Source: Candidatus Daviesbacteria bacterium
GTDB taxonomy: Bacteria; Patescibacteriota; Microgenomatia; Daviesbacterales; UBA10151
NCBI GenBank assembly: GCA_028715175.1
Contig: JAQUSJ010000001.1
Span: forward strand, 7,760 to 71,759
Length of the DNA: 64,000 nt
Direction of reading: 5' to 3'
Shown here: piece by piece, positions 9,123-19,238 of the stretch
Layout of the letters: every line of letters starts with the position of its first letter
Position numbering within the stretch: the first letter of the stretch is position 1
Notes under the pieces: generated by a model
What the model was told of the DNA's origin: nothing
Databases searched by the model: none
The model's input: the letters and a program-made list of their open reading frames with translations, nothing else
Position numbers and translations under genes: made by a program

Positions 9123-9773
9123 TTAAACCTTTTGTTTGCGTAAAATCAATACTGAAGCAAAAAATCCTACTGCCATACCCAACAAAGTTCCCCCAATTAC
9201 ATCTGATAACCAGTGTTCACCTAAATATATTCTGGTTAATGCCATCAGAAATGCAAGTGCAGCAAGTGAGCAAAAAATAATAAATCTATAATGAAAATTT
9301 CTTGAGGAAAAGATCATCGCAGAAGCAAACACAGTAATAATAAAAATTGTTCTGGTCATATGGCCTGAAGGATAAGAAAAATTGGTATGTACATAAAAAC
9401 TTGGCAAACTGGTAGGTAAAATGCTTCTGTGAAACAGGACCGGCGGCCCCGGGTGAAAAACCACTAATTTGCCGAAGATTTCTCCGAGTGAAGCAGGGAC
9501 AATCATCAGCCAGCCGGCAATTGCCAGCCACCTTTTTCGCAAAAAAGCCAAAAAAGCAAACACCAAACAGAGGCCAATCGTCACTTCGACAGAGCCGAGC
9601 AAACTAAAGTAGGAAAAAGTTTCATCAAAACGACGCGAGATATGATCCTGCAACTTAACAGTCGTGTCAAAATCTGTTTTTTGCCAACGTTCCTTGGCTA
9701 CAGTATAGGAAAAATAAGTAAAAAGCAGCACAAATACCAATGAAAGAAGAAATAATTTAGTTTTCACACACAA
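9123..9773 (-). CDS. PAP2-family phosphatase
   Basis: SYPSGH and TRIYLGEHWLSDV motifs; multiple TM. Confidence 0.9.
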   Translation of the reverse strand: MCVKTKLFLLSLVFVLLFTYFSYTVAKERWQKTDFDTTVKLQDHISRRFDETFSYFSLLGSVEVTIGLCLVFAFLAFLRKRWLAIAGWLMIVPASLGEIFGKLVVFHPGPPVLFHRSILPTSLPSFYVHTNFSYPSGHMTRTIFIITVFASAMIFSSRNFHYRFIIFCSLAALAFLMALTRIYLGEHWLSDVIGGTLLGMAVGFFASVLILRKQKV

Positions 9774-9774
9774 A

Positions 9775-10257
9775 TTATTGTACAGTAATTGAGCCGATTA
9801 AAGAAGATGTGGAATAGCTGCCGATAGTTTTTGTCACAAATTTTAGTTTTGCCCCCACTAACTTGGTAGCTCTTTGGAAATGGTGGATATTGTCATTTTT
9901 GGCTGTTGTCGCAATAATATCAGGCTTGATTTTTTTTATAAGAGAATCGTATTCAAGATCATTCTTCATAAATGGCAGCAAAACTACATAATCTACTGGT
10001 CGCAGTGCAGATAAAATTTTGGCCCGCTCGGCTTGACTATGAACCGGGCGATTAACACCTTTTATAGTCTTAATTTTCTCATCGCTTTCCAGAAGCACTA
10101 TCAAGGCCTCACCTGCTTTTTTTGCTTTCTCCAAAAATATCACATGACCAGGATGCAAAACATCAAAACACCCTCCTGCCAGGACGACTACTTTGCCTTG
10201 TTTTTTCAACCAGTCACAAAGACTGCCGATTTTATTTATAGATATAATTTCTGCCAT
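9775..10257 (-). CDS. Cytidylyltransferase-family nucleotidyltransferase (RfaE domain II/FAD synthase-like)
   Basis: GGCFDVLHPGH, KGVNRP, YSTSSL; start moved to MAEII. Confidence 0.85.
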   Translation of the reverse strand: MAEIISINKIGSLCDWLKKQGKVVVLAGGCFDVLHPGHVIFLEKAKKAGEALIVLLESDEKIKTIKGVNRPVHSQAERAKILSALRPVDYVVLLPFMKNDLEYDSLIKKIKPDIIATTAKNDNIHHFQRATKLVGAKLKFVTKTIGSYSTSSLIGSITVQ

Positions 10258-10287
10258 ATTTTTGATAGTTATGTTACACTTTTGTTG

Positions 10288-10728
10288 ATGGATAATCCAG
10301 AAAATATTACAAGTGTAATCAAAAATATCAATGTTATTCACCAAAGCAGATTAAAACCTCTTGAAAAGCTAGCCTTATTCGTAACAGAAAAAATAGGCAC
10401 AATGGGCTTTTTCTTTTTTATTTTACTCTTTAATCTTGGATGGATAATATGGAATACCTTAGCTCCTAAAAATTTGGTGTTCGATCAAGCTTTTAGCTTT
10501 TTAATACTGCTGCTAATCAACAATATTTTGCAGATTTTGTTCATGCCTTTAATCATGGTCGGACAAAATCTACAGGGCCGTCATGCAGAACTTCGGGCCG
10601 AACAAGAATTCAGGACAGATGTAAAAGCGGCGAAAGAAATTGAAGTAATTTTGCTTCATTTAGAAAACCAACAAAAATTAATGCAAAAAATGTTGGAGAA
10701 AATTGAAGAATTAACTCGCCGCAAGTAA
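10288..10728 (+). CDS. DUF1003 membrane protein
   Basis: IGTMGFF, WIIWN, PLIMVGQN; start moved to MDNPEN. Confidence 0.8.
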   Translation: MDNPENITSVIKNINVIHQSRLKPLEKLALFVTEKIGTMGFFFFILLFNLGWIIWNTLAPKNLVFDQAFSFLILLLINNILQILFMPLIMVGQNLQGRHAELRAEQEFRTDVKAAKEIEVILLHLENQQKLMQKMLEKIEELTRRK

Positions 10729-10938
10729 TTTTTCCCTGGCTAATTTGGCTTCTTCTTTTATCTTAAGCAAAGACGCGGTTTTAGCTTTCCTCTCGGCAAT
10801 GCCTTTATCAACAATCTTTTGACATTCCGGATCAGGACAAATTGTCATAGTATATGTTACGCTGGAAGCGCCAACCTTACCAACCCAAGTTTTACCATCT
10901 ATCCGTTCCTTACCGCATTTAACACAAGGGTTGCTCAT
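10711..10938 (-). CDS. Small Zn-finger hypothetical protein
   Basis: CVKCGKER...CPDPECQ. Confidence 0.65.
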   Translation of the reverse strand: MSNPCVKCGKERIDGKTWVGKVGASSVTYTMTICPDPECQKIVDKGIAERKAKTASLLKIKEEAKLAREKLLAAS

Positions 10939-10989
10939 TAGAGGTGCAGTATAACAGAATATAGTCTCTAAATCAACCTTCACATCAGG

Positions 10990-12276
10990 CTATTTTTTAA
11001 AAATATGTTTTTCCCTTGAAGTTTGACTTTGCCATTTAGGGTTTTGGCGGGTGGCGATTTCTATTTTATGAGCGGCAATTTCCGCTTTTTTCTTGGCTTT
11101 TTGCACATCTGGGTCTGTTGCTAAAACTATACCCATTCTTCTGTTGATATGTGCCTCATTTTTACCAAATAGCAAAATTGTCACGCCTTCCTCGTCTAAA
11201 GCATTTGTTAAATTGTTATAACCCGGATCAAAACCTGTAATAGGTGAAAGAATCACATGAGAGGCGGCTGGAGTAATTATTGGCACCACATCAAAACCTA
11301 AGCGTTTTTTGGTGGGAATTGGTAAACCAGTAATGGCCCGTACATGTAGTGCTGCCTCAGAAAAACCAAGCTGGTGAGAGACAAAAGTCACCATGCCAGT
11401 ATCATGCGGCCGGGGACTACACTCATTGGCCCAAACCATGTCTCCTTTGACAAACAGCTCGCAGCCAAATACCCCAACTCCGCCAAGAGCGTCTGTAACT
11501 TTTTTGGCAACTTCGTAAACTTTTTTCTCGGCTGACTCGCTTATTTCCGCCATCTGCCAACTCGAATGATAATCCCCTCCTCTAGTTTGGTATTGCCCCA
11601 CAGGCAGACAAAATGAAGTCTTGATCGCTCCGTTCTCCCGGTGCCTAATTACCAGCTCTGTCACTTCCAAATCAAAATCAATATTTTTCTCAACTATTAA
11701 CTTATCAGCCGACCCCCGGGCTTCTAAATGAGCTTTCTCGTATGCTTTCTCGATATCATTTTCGCTCATCACTTTACTTGAACCGCTGCCGGAAGAATCC
11801 TGAATGGCCTTAACCCAACAAGGGAATCCGGCCTTTTTGCAAGCTTTCCTTAACTCCTGCAAAGAAGCAGCATAAGCATATTCCGAAACCGGCACACCGG
11901 TTTTTACAATCATCTCGCGGATCCGCTCACGCTGCATTGCTGTATATGTAGCTTTGGCATTGGGGATGACATTAAATCCTTCTTTTTCCAGATCAAACAG
12001 GAGATCCAAATTGATAGCCTCAATTTCCGGCACAATATAATCCGGCCGCTCCCTTTCAATCACGCTTCGCAGGAAACCTGCATCTTTTAAGTTCCCTGTA
12101 TAAGCACGGTGTGCCACCTGTTGACCCGGGGCTCCTTCGTAACGGTCAACTGCAATGGTGAAAAAACCAAGGCGCATGGCTTCGATAATCACTTCTTTGC
12201 CAAGTTCTCCGGCGCCCAGCAACATGATTTTGGTGGATTTGGCAGATAAAGGTGAAAAAAGAATATTGCGCTTCAT
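10990..12276 (-). CDS. purT: Formate-dependent phosphoribosylglycinamide formyltransferase
   Basis: LLGAGELGKE, PEIEAI, SPRPHDTGMVT, RRMG; ATP-grasp fold. Confidence 0.93.
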   Translation of the reverse strand: MKRNILFSPLSAKSTKIMLLGAGELGKEVIIEAMRLGFFTIAVDRYEGAPGQQVAHRAYTGNLKDAGFLRSVIERERPDYIVPEIEAINLDLLFDLEKEGFNVIPNAKATYTAMQRERIREMIVKTGVPVSEYAYAASLQELRKACKKAGFPCWVKAIQDSSGSGSSKVMSENDIEKAYEKAHLEARGSADKLIVEKNIDFDLEVTELVIRHRENGAIKTSFCLPVGQYQTRGGDYHSSWQMAEISESAEKKVYEVAKKVTDALGGVGVFGCELFVKGDMVWANECSPRPHDTGMVTFVSHQLGFSEAALHVRAITGLPIPTKKRLGFDVVPIITPAASHVILSPITGFDPGYNNLTNALDEEGVTILLFGKNEAHINRRMGIVLATDPDVQKAKKKAEIAAHKIEIATRQNPKWQSQTSREKHIFKK

Positions 12277-12352
12277 GAAATAATTAGGGCAAGTTATCTC
12301 AACATCATAAAGGCTACTCTCAAAATTCGCAAGTATATCTTTATAATGTAGC

Positions 12353-12523
12353 TTACATCTTTAGCAGTAGAAGAGCCTGATAAACCAATATGGCTGGCCA
12401 GACAATAGCTTTGAGTATGCCCAGAAACCCCATCCCAAAGGTGGTGGCGTGCTGGAGGAAATAGATTAGAGCTCCAATAAAACCTAAGCCGTATATAGCA
12501 CCTGATGTACCGTTACCTTTCAT
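12353..12523 (-). CDS. Small membrane protein
   Basis: GAIYGLGFIGALIYF...GILKAIVWPA; SD AGGAGG; ATGA overlap. Confidence 0.7.
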   Translation of the reverse strand: MKGNGTSGAIYGLGFIGALIYFLQHATTFGMGFLGILKAIVWPAILVYQALLLLKM

Positions 12524-13686
12524 CTTTGACCTCCTTTTAAAGCAGTTTTCCTCAGTTGTAGATAATATTCCTTTTTGGTTACAAGTAGAGCTCCCAATCC
12601 AATAAGGGCTGCCAATAATCCCGTAAGCCATCCTAGCACCGGAATAAGTGTAATTAGGTAATAAACCAAAAGCCCTAAGCTAAAAGTAAGATAAACATTC
12701 CATCTTTGTTTAAAATATTTCATCATCCACCTCCCTAAAGCCAGGGATATAAATATTTTAGCCAGCCACAAACCAAAACCTATAAAGAATATCCATAAAA
12801 CAGCCAGCGGCAGGCCGATGACTGTAATCAAAAGTAAAATTATCAGGATTGGCGTAACTGCTACTACCAGCAATCCAAGACCTAAATTTAATAACCAATG
12901 ATCCACCACTACCTCGCTCATCTGGTTAGTAAACCTCGGCACCAGTTTAAGTACTAAAAAACCAATCAGCAGAGCAGACAGAAAACTAAAAAACTTAAAA
13001 GCGGCTCCAAATCCAACCATAGCTTTTCCGGCTCCTGAATATTGCTGGATTTTGGGTGGGATATTTTGGGTTATTTTCCCGGATACGGAAGCTTCAGGGT
13101 TAATATTGGCTTTATTTTCGCTCCAGTAAATTAAATTACCTTGGAGCTTAGCTGTTGGCGCCAAGCTTAATTGATTCACCCCGGCATTAACATCACCACC
13201 CATCTCATTTCCAATGTTAACCATGCCTCCAGCCAAATTAGCCCCTTTGCCAATTGGGCTAAGCAGATTGATATTCCCTCCGGCTGAAGTTAAACTGCCG
13301 GCCACTTGGGCTTGTGGAGATAAAGTAAGACTACCTCCGGCAATAGTGACGTTACGGCCGACATTGCCGTTTAAATTGATATTACCTCCAACTGCACGGA
13401 TATTGCCAGAAACAGTACCATTAATATTTAAATTTCCTCCGACCACTAAAAGATCGCCGTTAACAGCACCATTTAAGATCACAGAACCGCCAGCAAGATA
13501 TGCATCGCCGTTAACCGTGCCATCAACCAAGACATTGCTTCCGGAGGCAAAATAATCTTGGTTAATAACTTCATTTGAAAATAGAGTAGAATTTTGACCT
13601 GAACGGAAATTATTTTGGGCAAAAGTGGTCCTGGGAGTAATAACGAGCAGGAACGCAATAATTAAAACTACGAACCAGCTTCTCAT
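12520..13686 (-). CDS. Bactofilin-like (polymer-forming) beta-helix repeat membrane protein
   Basis: Signal peptide, (I/V)xGxVxGD repeats, C-terminal TM bundle. Confidence 0.8.
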   Translation of the reverse strand: MRSWFVVLIIAFLLVITPRTTFAQNNFRSGQNSTLFSNEVINQDYFASGSNVLVDGTVNGDAYLAGGSVILNGAVNGDLLVVGGNLNINGTVSGNIRAVGGNINLNGNVGRNVTIAGGSLTLSPQAQVAGSLTSAGGNINLLSPIGKGANLAGGMVNIGNEMGGDVNAGVNQLSLAPTAKLQGNLIYWSENKANINPEASVSGKITQNIPPKIQQYSGAGKAMVGFGAAFKFFSFLSALLIGFLVLKLVPRFTNQMSEVVVDHWLLNLGLGLLVVAVTPILIILLLITVIGLPLAVLWIFFIGFGLWLAKIFISLALGRWMMKYFKQRWNVYLTFSLGLLVYYLITLIPVLGWLTGLLAALIGLGALLVTKKEYYLQLRKTALKGGQR

Positions 13687-13792
13687 AGTTTTAATTTATA
13701 CCTCTTTAAGTATTTTTTCAATGATCTAGATCACTATCAGTTAAAAACAGCGGCTATCCAAACACCGACAAAATTAATGTTAAGATAAATAT

Positions 13793-14365
13793 ATGGAGGA
13801 GTTGATTGATTTAAATAGCCGATGGAAACATTGGCATTATAAGAATACTGTTTTACTCGTTCTTAGCTTGATTGTCTTCTTTCTGTTTGCTGAGCATCCT
13901 GCTGTGCGCAATGCAATCGATTTAATTGGCAGCTTTGGTTATATTGGAGCTTTTATTACAGGAATACTCTTTGTTTCTATCTTTACTGTAGCTCCGGCTG
14001 CAGTGGTACTCTATTTTCTTGCAGATAATCTTAATCCCCTATTGGTAGCTTTGTTTGCCGGAATAGGCGCGGTAGTTGGTGATTATCTAATCTTTAGATT
14101 TTTGAAAGATCGTGTATTTGATGAACTTACACCATTATTTATGAAAAGTGGCGGCAATAAGATAGTGAAACTCTTTAAAACACCGTATTTTGGATGGTTG
14201 CTCCCCTTGCTGGGAGCACTTATTATTGCTTCTCCTTTTCCGGATGAAGTAGGCATAGGATTGCTTGGAGCGTCTAAGTTACGAAACTGGCAGTTTCTTA
14301 TTTTATCCTTCATTTTAAACTCAATCGGGATATTTATAGTTATTATTGCAGCAAAATCTTTTTAG
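13793..14365 (+). CDS. DedA/VTT-like membrane protein
   Basis: [23 protein letters not shown]; multiple TM. Confidence 0.7.
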   Translation: MEELIDLNSRWKHWHYKNTVLLVLSLIVFFLFAEHPAVRNAIDLIGSFGYIGAFITGILFVSIFTVAPAAVVLYFLADNLNPLLVALFAGIGAVVGDYLIFRFLKDRVFDELTPLFMKSGGNKIVKLFKTPYFGWLLPLLGALIIASPFPDEVGIGLLGASKLRNWQFLILSFILNSIGIFIVIIAAKSF

Positions 14366-14966
14366 CTCGGATGAGTCTTTTGTCAACTTCTCCCCAGTTA
14401 ATGATATTCCAAAAAGCATCAATAAATTTAGATCTTTCGTTTTGGTAGTCAAGATAATAAGCGTGTTCCCAAACATCCAGAACTAACAAAATCTTAAAAC
14501 CTGGATAAAGATTAACATTATGCTTCTCAATTTGCATCACTAAAAGCCTTTTTGTTTGCTGACAATAGGCAAGCGCTCCCCAGCCTGAACCCTCTACCGT
14601 CGAGGCTGCTTGAGAGAACTCTTGCTTAAAGCGTTTGGTACTACCAAACTCTAATTTTATAATGTTTGCTAAAACATCTTTTGGTTCACCACCTCCACCT
14701 TTTTCAACCGGAGCCATATTTTCCCAAAAAAGTGAATGGAGAACATGTCCGCCAATGTTAAAAGACAACTCTTTTAAGATTGCTTTCATGTCCAAACTAC
14801 TGCCTTGTTTTCTTGATTTTTCTATTCTTTCTAAAATCGCATTTGTACCATTGACATATCCTTGATGGTGTTTTTGATGATGAATCATCAATTGCCTCTC
14901 TGAAATATAAGGCTCAAGATCATGATAGCCGTAGGGCAGTTTTGGTAATTGATAAAATTTAGCTAT
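14343..14966 (-). CDS. sod: Fe/Mn superoxide dismutase (apparent ATA start)
   Basis: [35 protein letters not shown]; frame open upstream of 14891 to ATA at 14966. Confidence 0.92.
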   Translation of the reverse strand: MAKFYQLPKLPYGYHDLEPYISERQLMIHHQKHHQGYVNGTNAILERIEKSRKQGSSLDMKAILKELSFNIGGHVLHSLFWENMAPVEKGGGGEPKDVLANIIKLEFGSTKRFKQEFSQAASTVEGSGWGALAYCQQTKRLLVMQIEKHNVNLYPGFKILLVLDVWEHAYYLDYQNERSKFIDAFWNIINWGEVDKRLIRAKKILLQ

Positions 14967-14982
14967 CCTCCTTCACCTCCTT

Positions 14983-17076
14983 TTAGTTTGTAATTAGTAA
15001 ATCTTTTTCTACTCTTTTCAATGACACAGCATTTACTGCCACAATAATTGAGGAAGCTGACATTAAAAGCGCAGAAACTTCAGGCCTTAGAGTGATTCCG
15101 TAACTGGGATAGAAAACTCCGGCAGCAACAGGAATAGCTAAAATATTATAAACACTTGCCCAGACAAGATTTTGTTTCATTTTTCTCACTGTAGCCTTAC
15201 TAAGACGTATGGCCCGCAATATATCGACTGGATCAGATTTCATGAGAACTATATCGGCAGTCTCAATTGCCACATCAGTTCCGGCTCCTATCGCTATTCC
15301 AATATCGGCTTGCGCCAAAGCCGGAGCATCATTCACCCCATCTCCCACCATTGCCACAAATTTACCCTCACTTTGAAGTTGTTTAATATACTCAGCCTTA
15401 TCCTCAGGTAAAACTTCGGCAAACACCCGATCGATGCCAAGTTTCTTACCAATCACCTCAGCTGTTTTTTTATTGTCTCCAGTAACCATAACCACCTCTA
15501 AGCCAAGTTCTTCCATCCGCTTTATGGCCACAAAAGCACTTTTTTTGACGGTATCGGCTGCTGCCGCAACCCCTCTTACTTTACCGTCAACCGCTAAAAT
15601 CATCAGTGTCTTACCCTCGCGCAGCAGACGTTCAACATCTTTTTGTACAGAATCAAGGTTAACTTTTCGATCCTGCATAAGTTTAATTGCGCCAACTAGA
15701 ATATGCTGACCTCCAACTACCGCTTCAACTCCGTGACCGGCAATTGAGGAAAATTTGTCTACACTTTGCAGGGTTAATTTTCTCCTTTTTGCTTCTTCTA
15801 AAACTGCTTTGCTCAAGGGATGAGCAGATTTAGCTTCAACCGCAGCAGTAAGGCGCAAAACTGTATTGGCACTAAATCCCTTCACTGCTACCACATCGGT
15901 AATTTTGGGTTTACCTTCTGTCAAAGTGCCGGTTTTATCCAATACCACTGTCTGGATCTTTGAGGTTTGTTCAAGAGTAGTCGCGTCCTTGATAAGGATA
16001 TTGTGTTTAGCGCCCAAGCCAGTACCAACTGCTACGGCCGTGGGAGTAGCCAAACCCAAGGCATCAGGACAGGCAATGACGATTGCAGAAACCGCAAAGG
16101 TTAACGCCAGCAGCAACCCTTCTCCGGCAATAAAAAACCAGACTATAAAAGTTAACAAACCTGCGCCAATTGCCAATATGACTAAATATTGTGCAGCACG
16201 ATCTGCAATCCTTTGCCCCGGTGCTTTGGAATTTTGGGCAGTCTCAACCATCTTCACGATCTGTGCAAGAACAGTATCCATACCTATTTTAGTTGCCTTA
16301 AATTTCACTGATCCTGATTGATTGATCGAGCCCCCAATCACCTGATCCCCTGCCTTCTTAAAAACAGGCAATGATTCGCCGGTGACCAAAGACTCATCAA
16401 CCGACGTTTTCCCTTCCAAAACTTGCCCATCAACCGGCACTTTATCGCCTGGTTTAAGCAGTAAAATGTCGTTGATTTTAACTTCAGACGTAGGTACGAT
16501 AATCTCTTTACCGTTCCTAATTACTCTGGCTTGAGGTGGTACAAGATCAAAAAGCGCCCGCAGCGCCTCAGAGGTACCTTTTCTTGACTTCATTTCCATC
16601 CAATGACCAAAAAGGACAAAGGTAACAAGAAGCGCTGCTGCTTCAAAAAAAGTTTCCCCACCCACAAAAACAGTGATAAAAACGCTAAAAAGATAGGCAG
16701 CAAACACACCTGTGGCAATTAAAACCATCATGTTAAGAGTTTTATTTTTTAAAGCCTGATAAGCACCGATTGAAAAAATAGAACCAAACTTAAATACAAC
16801 AGGGGTTGTTAACAAAAACAGCAACCAATTATGAGGAATAGGAGTTGGTAATTCAATTCCTAAAAACTCAGTAAAAACAGGCGAATAAAGAAAAACAGGA
16901 ATGGAAAATAGTAACGACCACAAAAAACGATTACGCATATCCTTTTCCATAAAAGCGGCCATTCGAGGGTCAACCATCGCTTGTTCATGATCACCATGGT
17001 TCATCTGACTCATATCATGCTCAGCCGGTCTATGCTTTGCATGGGAATGATTCATTGAATGGTGATTCATTTTCAT
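14983..17076 (-). CDS. Copper-translocating P1B-type ATPase
   Basis: His/Met-rich N-terminus, TGES, CPDALGLATP, DKTGTLT, GDGVNDAP. Confidence 0.93.
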   Translation of the reverse strand: MKMNHHSMNHSHAKHRPAEHDMSQMNHGDHEQAMVDPRMAAFMEKDMRNRFLWSLLFSIPVFLYSPVFTEFLGIELPTPIPHNWLLFLLTTPVVFKFGSIFSIGAYQALKNKTLNMMVLIATGVFAAYLFSVFITVFVGGETFFEAAALLVTFVLFGHWMEMKSRKGTSEALRALFDLVPPQARVIRNGKEIIVPTSEVKINDILLLKPGDKVPVDGQVLEGKTSVDESLVTGESLPVFKKAGDQVIGGSINQSGSVKFKATKIGMDTVLAQIVKMVETAQNSKAPGQRIADRAAQYLVILAIGAGLLTFIVWFFIAGEGLLLALTFAVSAIVIACPDALGLATPTAVAVGTGLGAKHNILIKDATTLEQTSKIQTVVLDKTGTLTEGKPKITDVVAVKGFSANTVLRLTAAVEAKSAHPLSKAVLEEAKRRKLTLQSVDKFSSIAGHGVEAVVGGQHILVGAIKLMQDRKVNLDSVQKDVERLLREGKTLMILAVDGKVRGVAAAADTVKKSAFVAIKRMEELGLEVVMVTGDNKKTAEVIGKKLGIDRVFAEVLPEDKAEYIKQLQSEGKFVAMVGDGVNDAPALAQADIGIAIGAGTDVAIETADIVLMKSDPVDILRAIRLSKATVRKMKQNLVWASVYNILAIPVAAGVFYPSYGITLRPEVSALLMSASSIIVAVNAVSLKRVEKDLLITN

Positions 17077-17085
17077 AAATTATTC

Positions 17086-17649
17086 CTAGCTCTTTTTTGA
17101 TGAAGCTAATTCAGAAGTCCAAGCAACCAAAGCCTCCAGTAACTCCTTTATTTTATTTCTCGTATAATCATCTATTAAGTTACCTTGTTTATCAAACTTC
17201 TCCGGGGCATTAGGTATCATTACTTCCGGCCGATTTAAGGGAAACATATTTAAGAAAACAAATATCTGTCTTAAATGATATTGAGCCCTGGAGGTTCCCA
17301 ACATCCCGGGAGATGCTCCCATAATACCTACAGGCTTGCCTTCCCAACTGTTATCTGCATACGGACGAGACGCCCAATCGATGGCATTTTTCAAAACCCC
17401 CGGAACGGAGTAATTATATTCGGGGGTTACAAACAAAATTGCATCTGCTGCTCTGATTGCCTTCTTTAGCTTTTTTACTACTTCGGGAGGGTTATTTTCC
17501 TGATCTTGATTAAATGGAGGAATTTTTCCCAAAGAGTCAAAAATCCCAAGGGTAGCATTTTTAGGTACCAAACCCTGAGCAGCTTTAAGCGCTGCTTTAT
17601 TAAATGAGTCTTTCCGTAAACTCCCTGCCATTGCTAAGATTTTGATCAT
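17086..17649 (-). CDS. NAD(P)H-dependent FMN reductase (ChrR-like)
   Basis: GSLRKDSFN, TPEYNYSVPGVLKNAIDWASRP. Confidence 0.92.
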   Translation of the reverse strand: MIKILAMAGSLRKDSFNKAALKAAQGLVPKNATLGIFDSLGKIPPFNQDQENNPPEVVKKLKKAIRAADAILFVTPEYNYSVPGVLKNAIDWASRPYADNSWEGKPVGIMGASPGMLGTSRAQYHLRQIFVFLNMFPLNRPEVMIPNAPEKFDKQGNLIDDYTRNKIKELLEALVAWTSELASSKKS

Positions 17650-17846
17650 AGTCTTAGCTTCTCCAACGCGCTTGACGCGCAACTGCTTTATTATACTATT
17701 ATAGTGATTTAATTCCAATAAGTTTAAGTGCCGTTTTAATATACCTGAGACCCTTAATTCTCACTGAAAGGTGTATATAATCCGCTAGCTCACCTACAAA
17801 AAAGGATTGACATGAAGAATCTAAATAGCATAAGCTAAAAATAGAC

Positions 17847-18113
17847 ATGACCAAAGTAAAAAATGCTGGCGGAAGAAAAGTTTCCATCACTCACACACTA
17901 ATTATCTGGACAGGCATTCTTCTGGCCATTTTTGGTGCCCTGGTAGCAGCTCTGGGACTGGGAGGAGTAACTACTTTTACTTTCAAGTGGAAAGATATAA
18001 TAGAACTAAACAGCACAAGTGTAGGAATAGTTATTATGATTACGGGTGTAGTTTTAGCCTGGTATCAGGCAAATCATTTACCCAAAGGGGTCGGTGTTTT
18101 AATGAAGCATTAA
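17847..18113 (+). CDS. Small two-TM protein
   Basis: Two hydrophobic helices. Confidence 0.6.
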   Translation: MTKVKNAGGRKVSITHTLIIWTGILLAIFGALVAALGLGGVTTFTFKWKDIIELNSTSVGIVIMITGVVLAWYQANHLPKGVGVLMKH

Positions 18114-18126
18114 TTTGCCGCATCGG

Positions 18127-18735
18127 ATGATTAAAAAGCATTCACAAGGTTTTATCAATCCAATAAGTTTGGTTTTAATTGCTTTCCTGGTAATCGGGGT
18201 AGGAATTTTTTTCTTCCTTAAAAATAAAGGCATTACCAATGCTCCTCCATCTCCCACAGAGTCTCCGGCCCCTACACAATCTCAGACAGAAAATAGCCAA
18301 ATTCCTGATGATTGGCTCACCTTTAAAAATACAACTTACCTTTACCAAATAAATTACCCTCCCCAGTTTCATGCTCAAGGCGATAAAGAACCACCCTATC
18401 CACCCCCACCAGTTAGTAAATCATTTACTCTCAAATATGACAATGGAGAATGGTGTGACTTTGCCATTGTTGCTTCAACCAACATAGAGGGGTTTAGGGG
18501 TGAAATAGCAAGTATCCGCGAACAAGGGAAGGACACCGAATCCCTAACTACTATCGCAGGAGTTGCTGCGTTTGTGTTTGATGCCCAGGGAGGAGACGCC
18601 ATCAATCGCACCTATTATCTAGATCAAAATAACCCTCGTCTTCGCATGGGATATAACTACCGCCCCGCCGGAAAATACAGCCAAGAATGTGCGGATATCG
18701 TCACCAAAATGGTCTCCTCGTTCAAATTTCTTTAA
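18127..18735 (+). CDS. Membrane-anchored protein, PsbP/Mog1-like C-terminal domain
   Basis: QGF-type N-terminus, TM, P/T linker, WLTFKN..Y..QINYP, MVSSFKF. Confidence 0.6.
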   Translation: MIKKHSQGFINPISLVLIAFLVIGVGIFFFLKNKGITNAPPSPTESPAPTQSQTENSQIPDDWLTFKNTTYLYQINYPPQFHAQGDKEPPYPPPPVSKSFTLKYDNGEWCDFAIVASTNIEGFRGEIASIREQGKDTESLTTIAGVAAFVFDAQGGDAINRTYYLDQNNPRLRMGYNYRPAGKYSQECADIVTKMVSSFKFL

Positions 18736-18816
18736 AAATAACTCTTCTCTTTACCAAGGTTCTTCAGAATCCGATATGAGTCGAAAAGTAGGATTATAAA
18801 TGTTATAATTAAGCTG

Positions 18817-19233
18817 ATGACTAAGAAAAAAATTTTAATAGCTTTCATTGTCATTATCATCCTAGTTTTTTTAGTTATCTTATTTATAAAAAATAGCAGC
18901 TATACTAGTACGCCAAGTTCCTCTCTTCCCCAACAAACAATTACCCCCCAACCAACAGCTTCTTCAGGACAAGAAACAGCTACTAAAAATCAGGTTATTA
19001 TTGAAAAAAATTCCTTTAACCCACAAGAAATTTCCATCAAAGCTGGAGATACAGTTACCTGGGTTAATAATGATTCCTATAATCATACAGTTACAGGTTC
19101 TAATGGAGCGTTTGATAGTGGAAACATGGCCAGCGGAACTAAATTTAGTTTTACTTTTCCCAAAGCTGGAACCTTCTCCTATGCCTGTAGCATCCACCCA
19201 TTTATGCAAGGGAGTGTTGTTGTTAGTGAATAG
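18817..19233 (+). CDS. Membrane-anchored cupredoxin (amicyanin/plastocyanin-like)
   Basis: Type 1 Cu ligands HTV and CSIHPFM; GDTVTWVN. Confidence 0.9.
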   Translation: MTKKKILIAFIVIIILVFLVILFIKNSSYTSTPSSSLPQQTITPQPTASSGQETATKNQVIIEKNSFNPQEISIKAGDTVTWVNNDSYNHTVTGSNGAFDSGNMASGTKFSFTFPKAGTFSYACSIHPFMQGSVVVSE

Positions 19234-19238
19234 TGATT

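Noticed and set aside
17699-17890. 63-aa minus-strand ORF
   Set aside because: It spans a divergent promoter region, overlaps both neighbours and has no motif.
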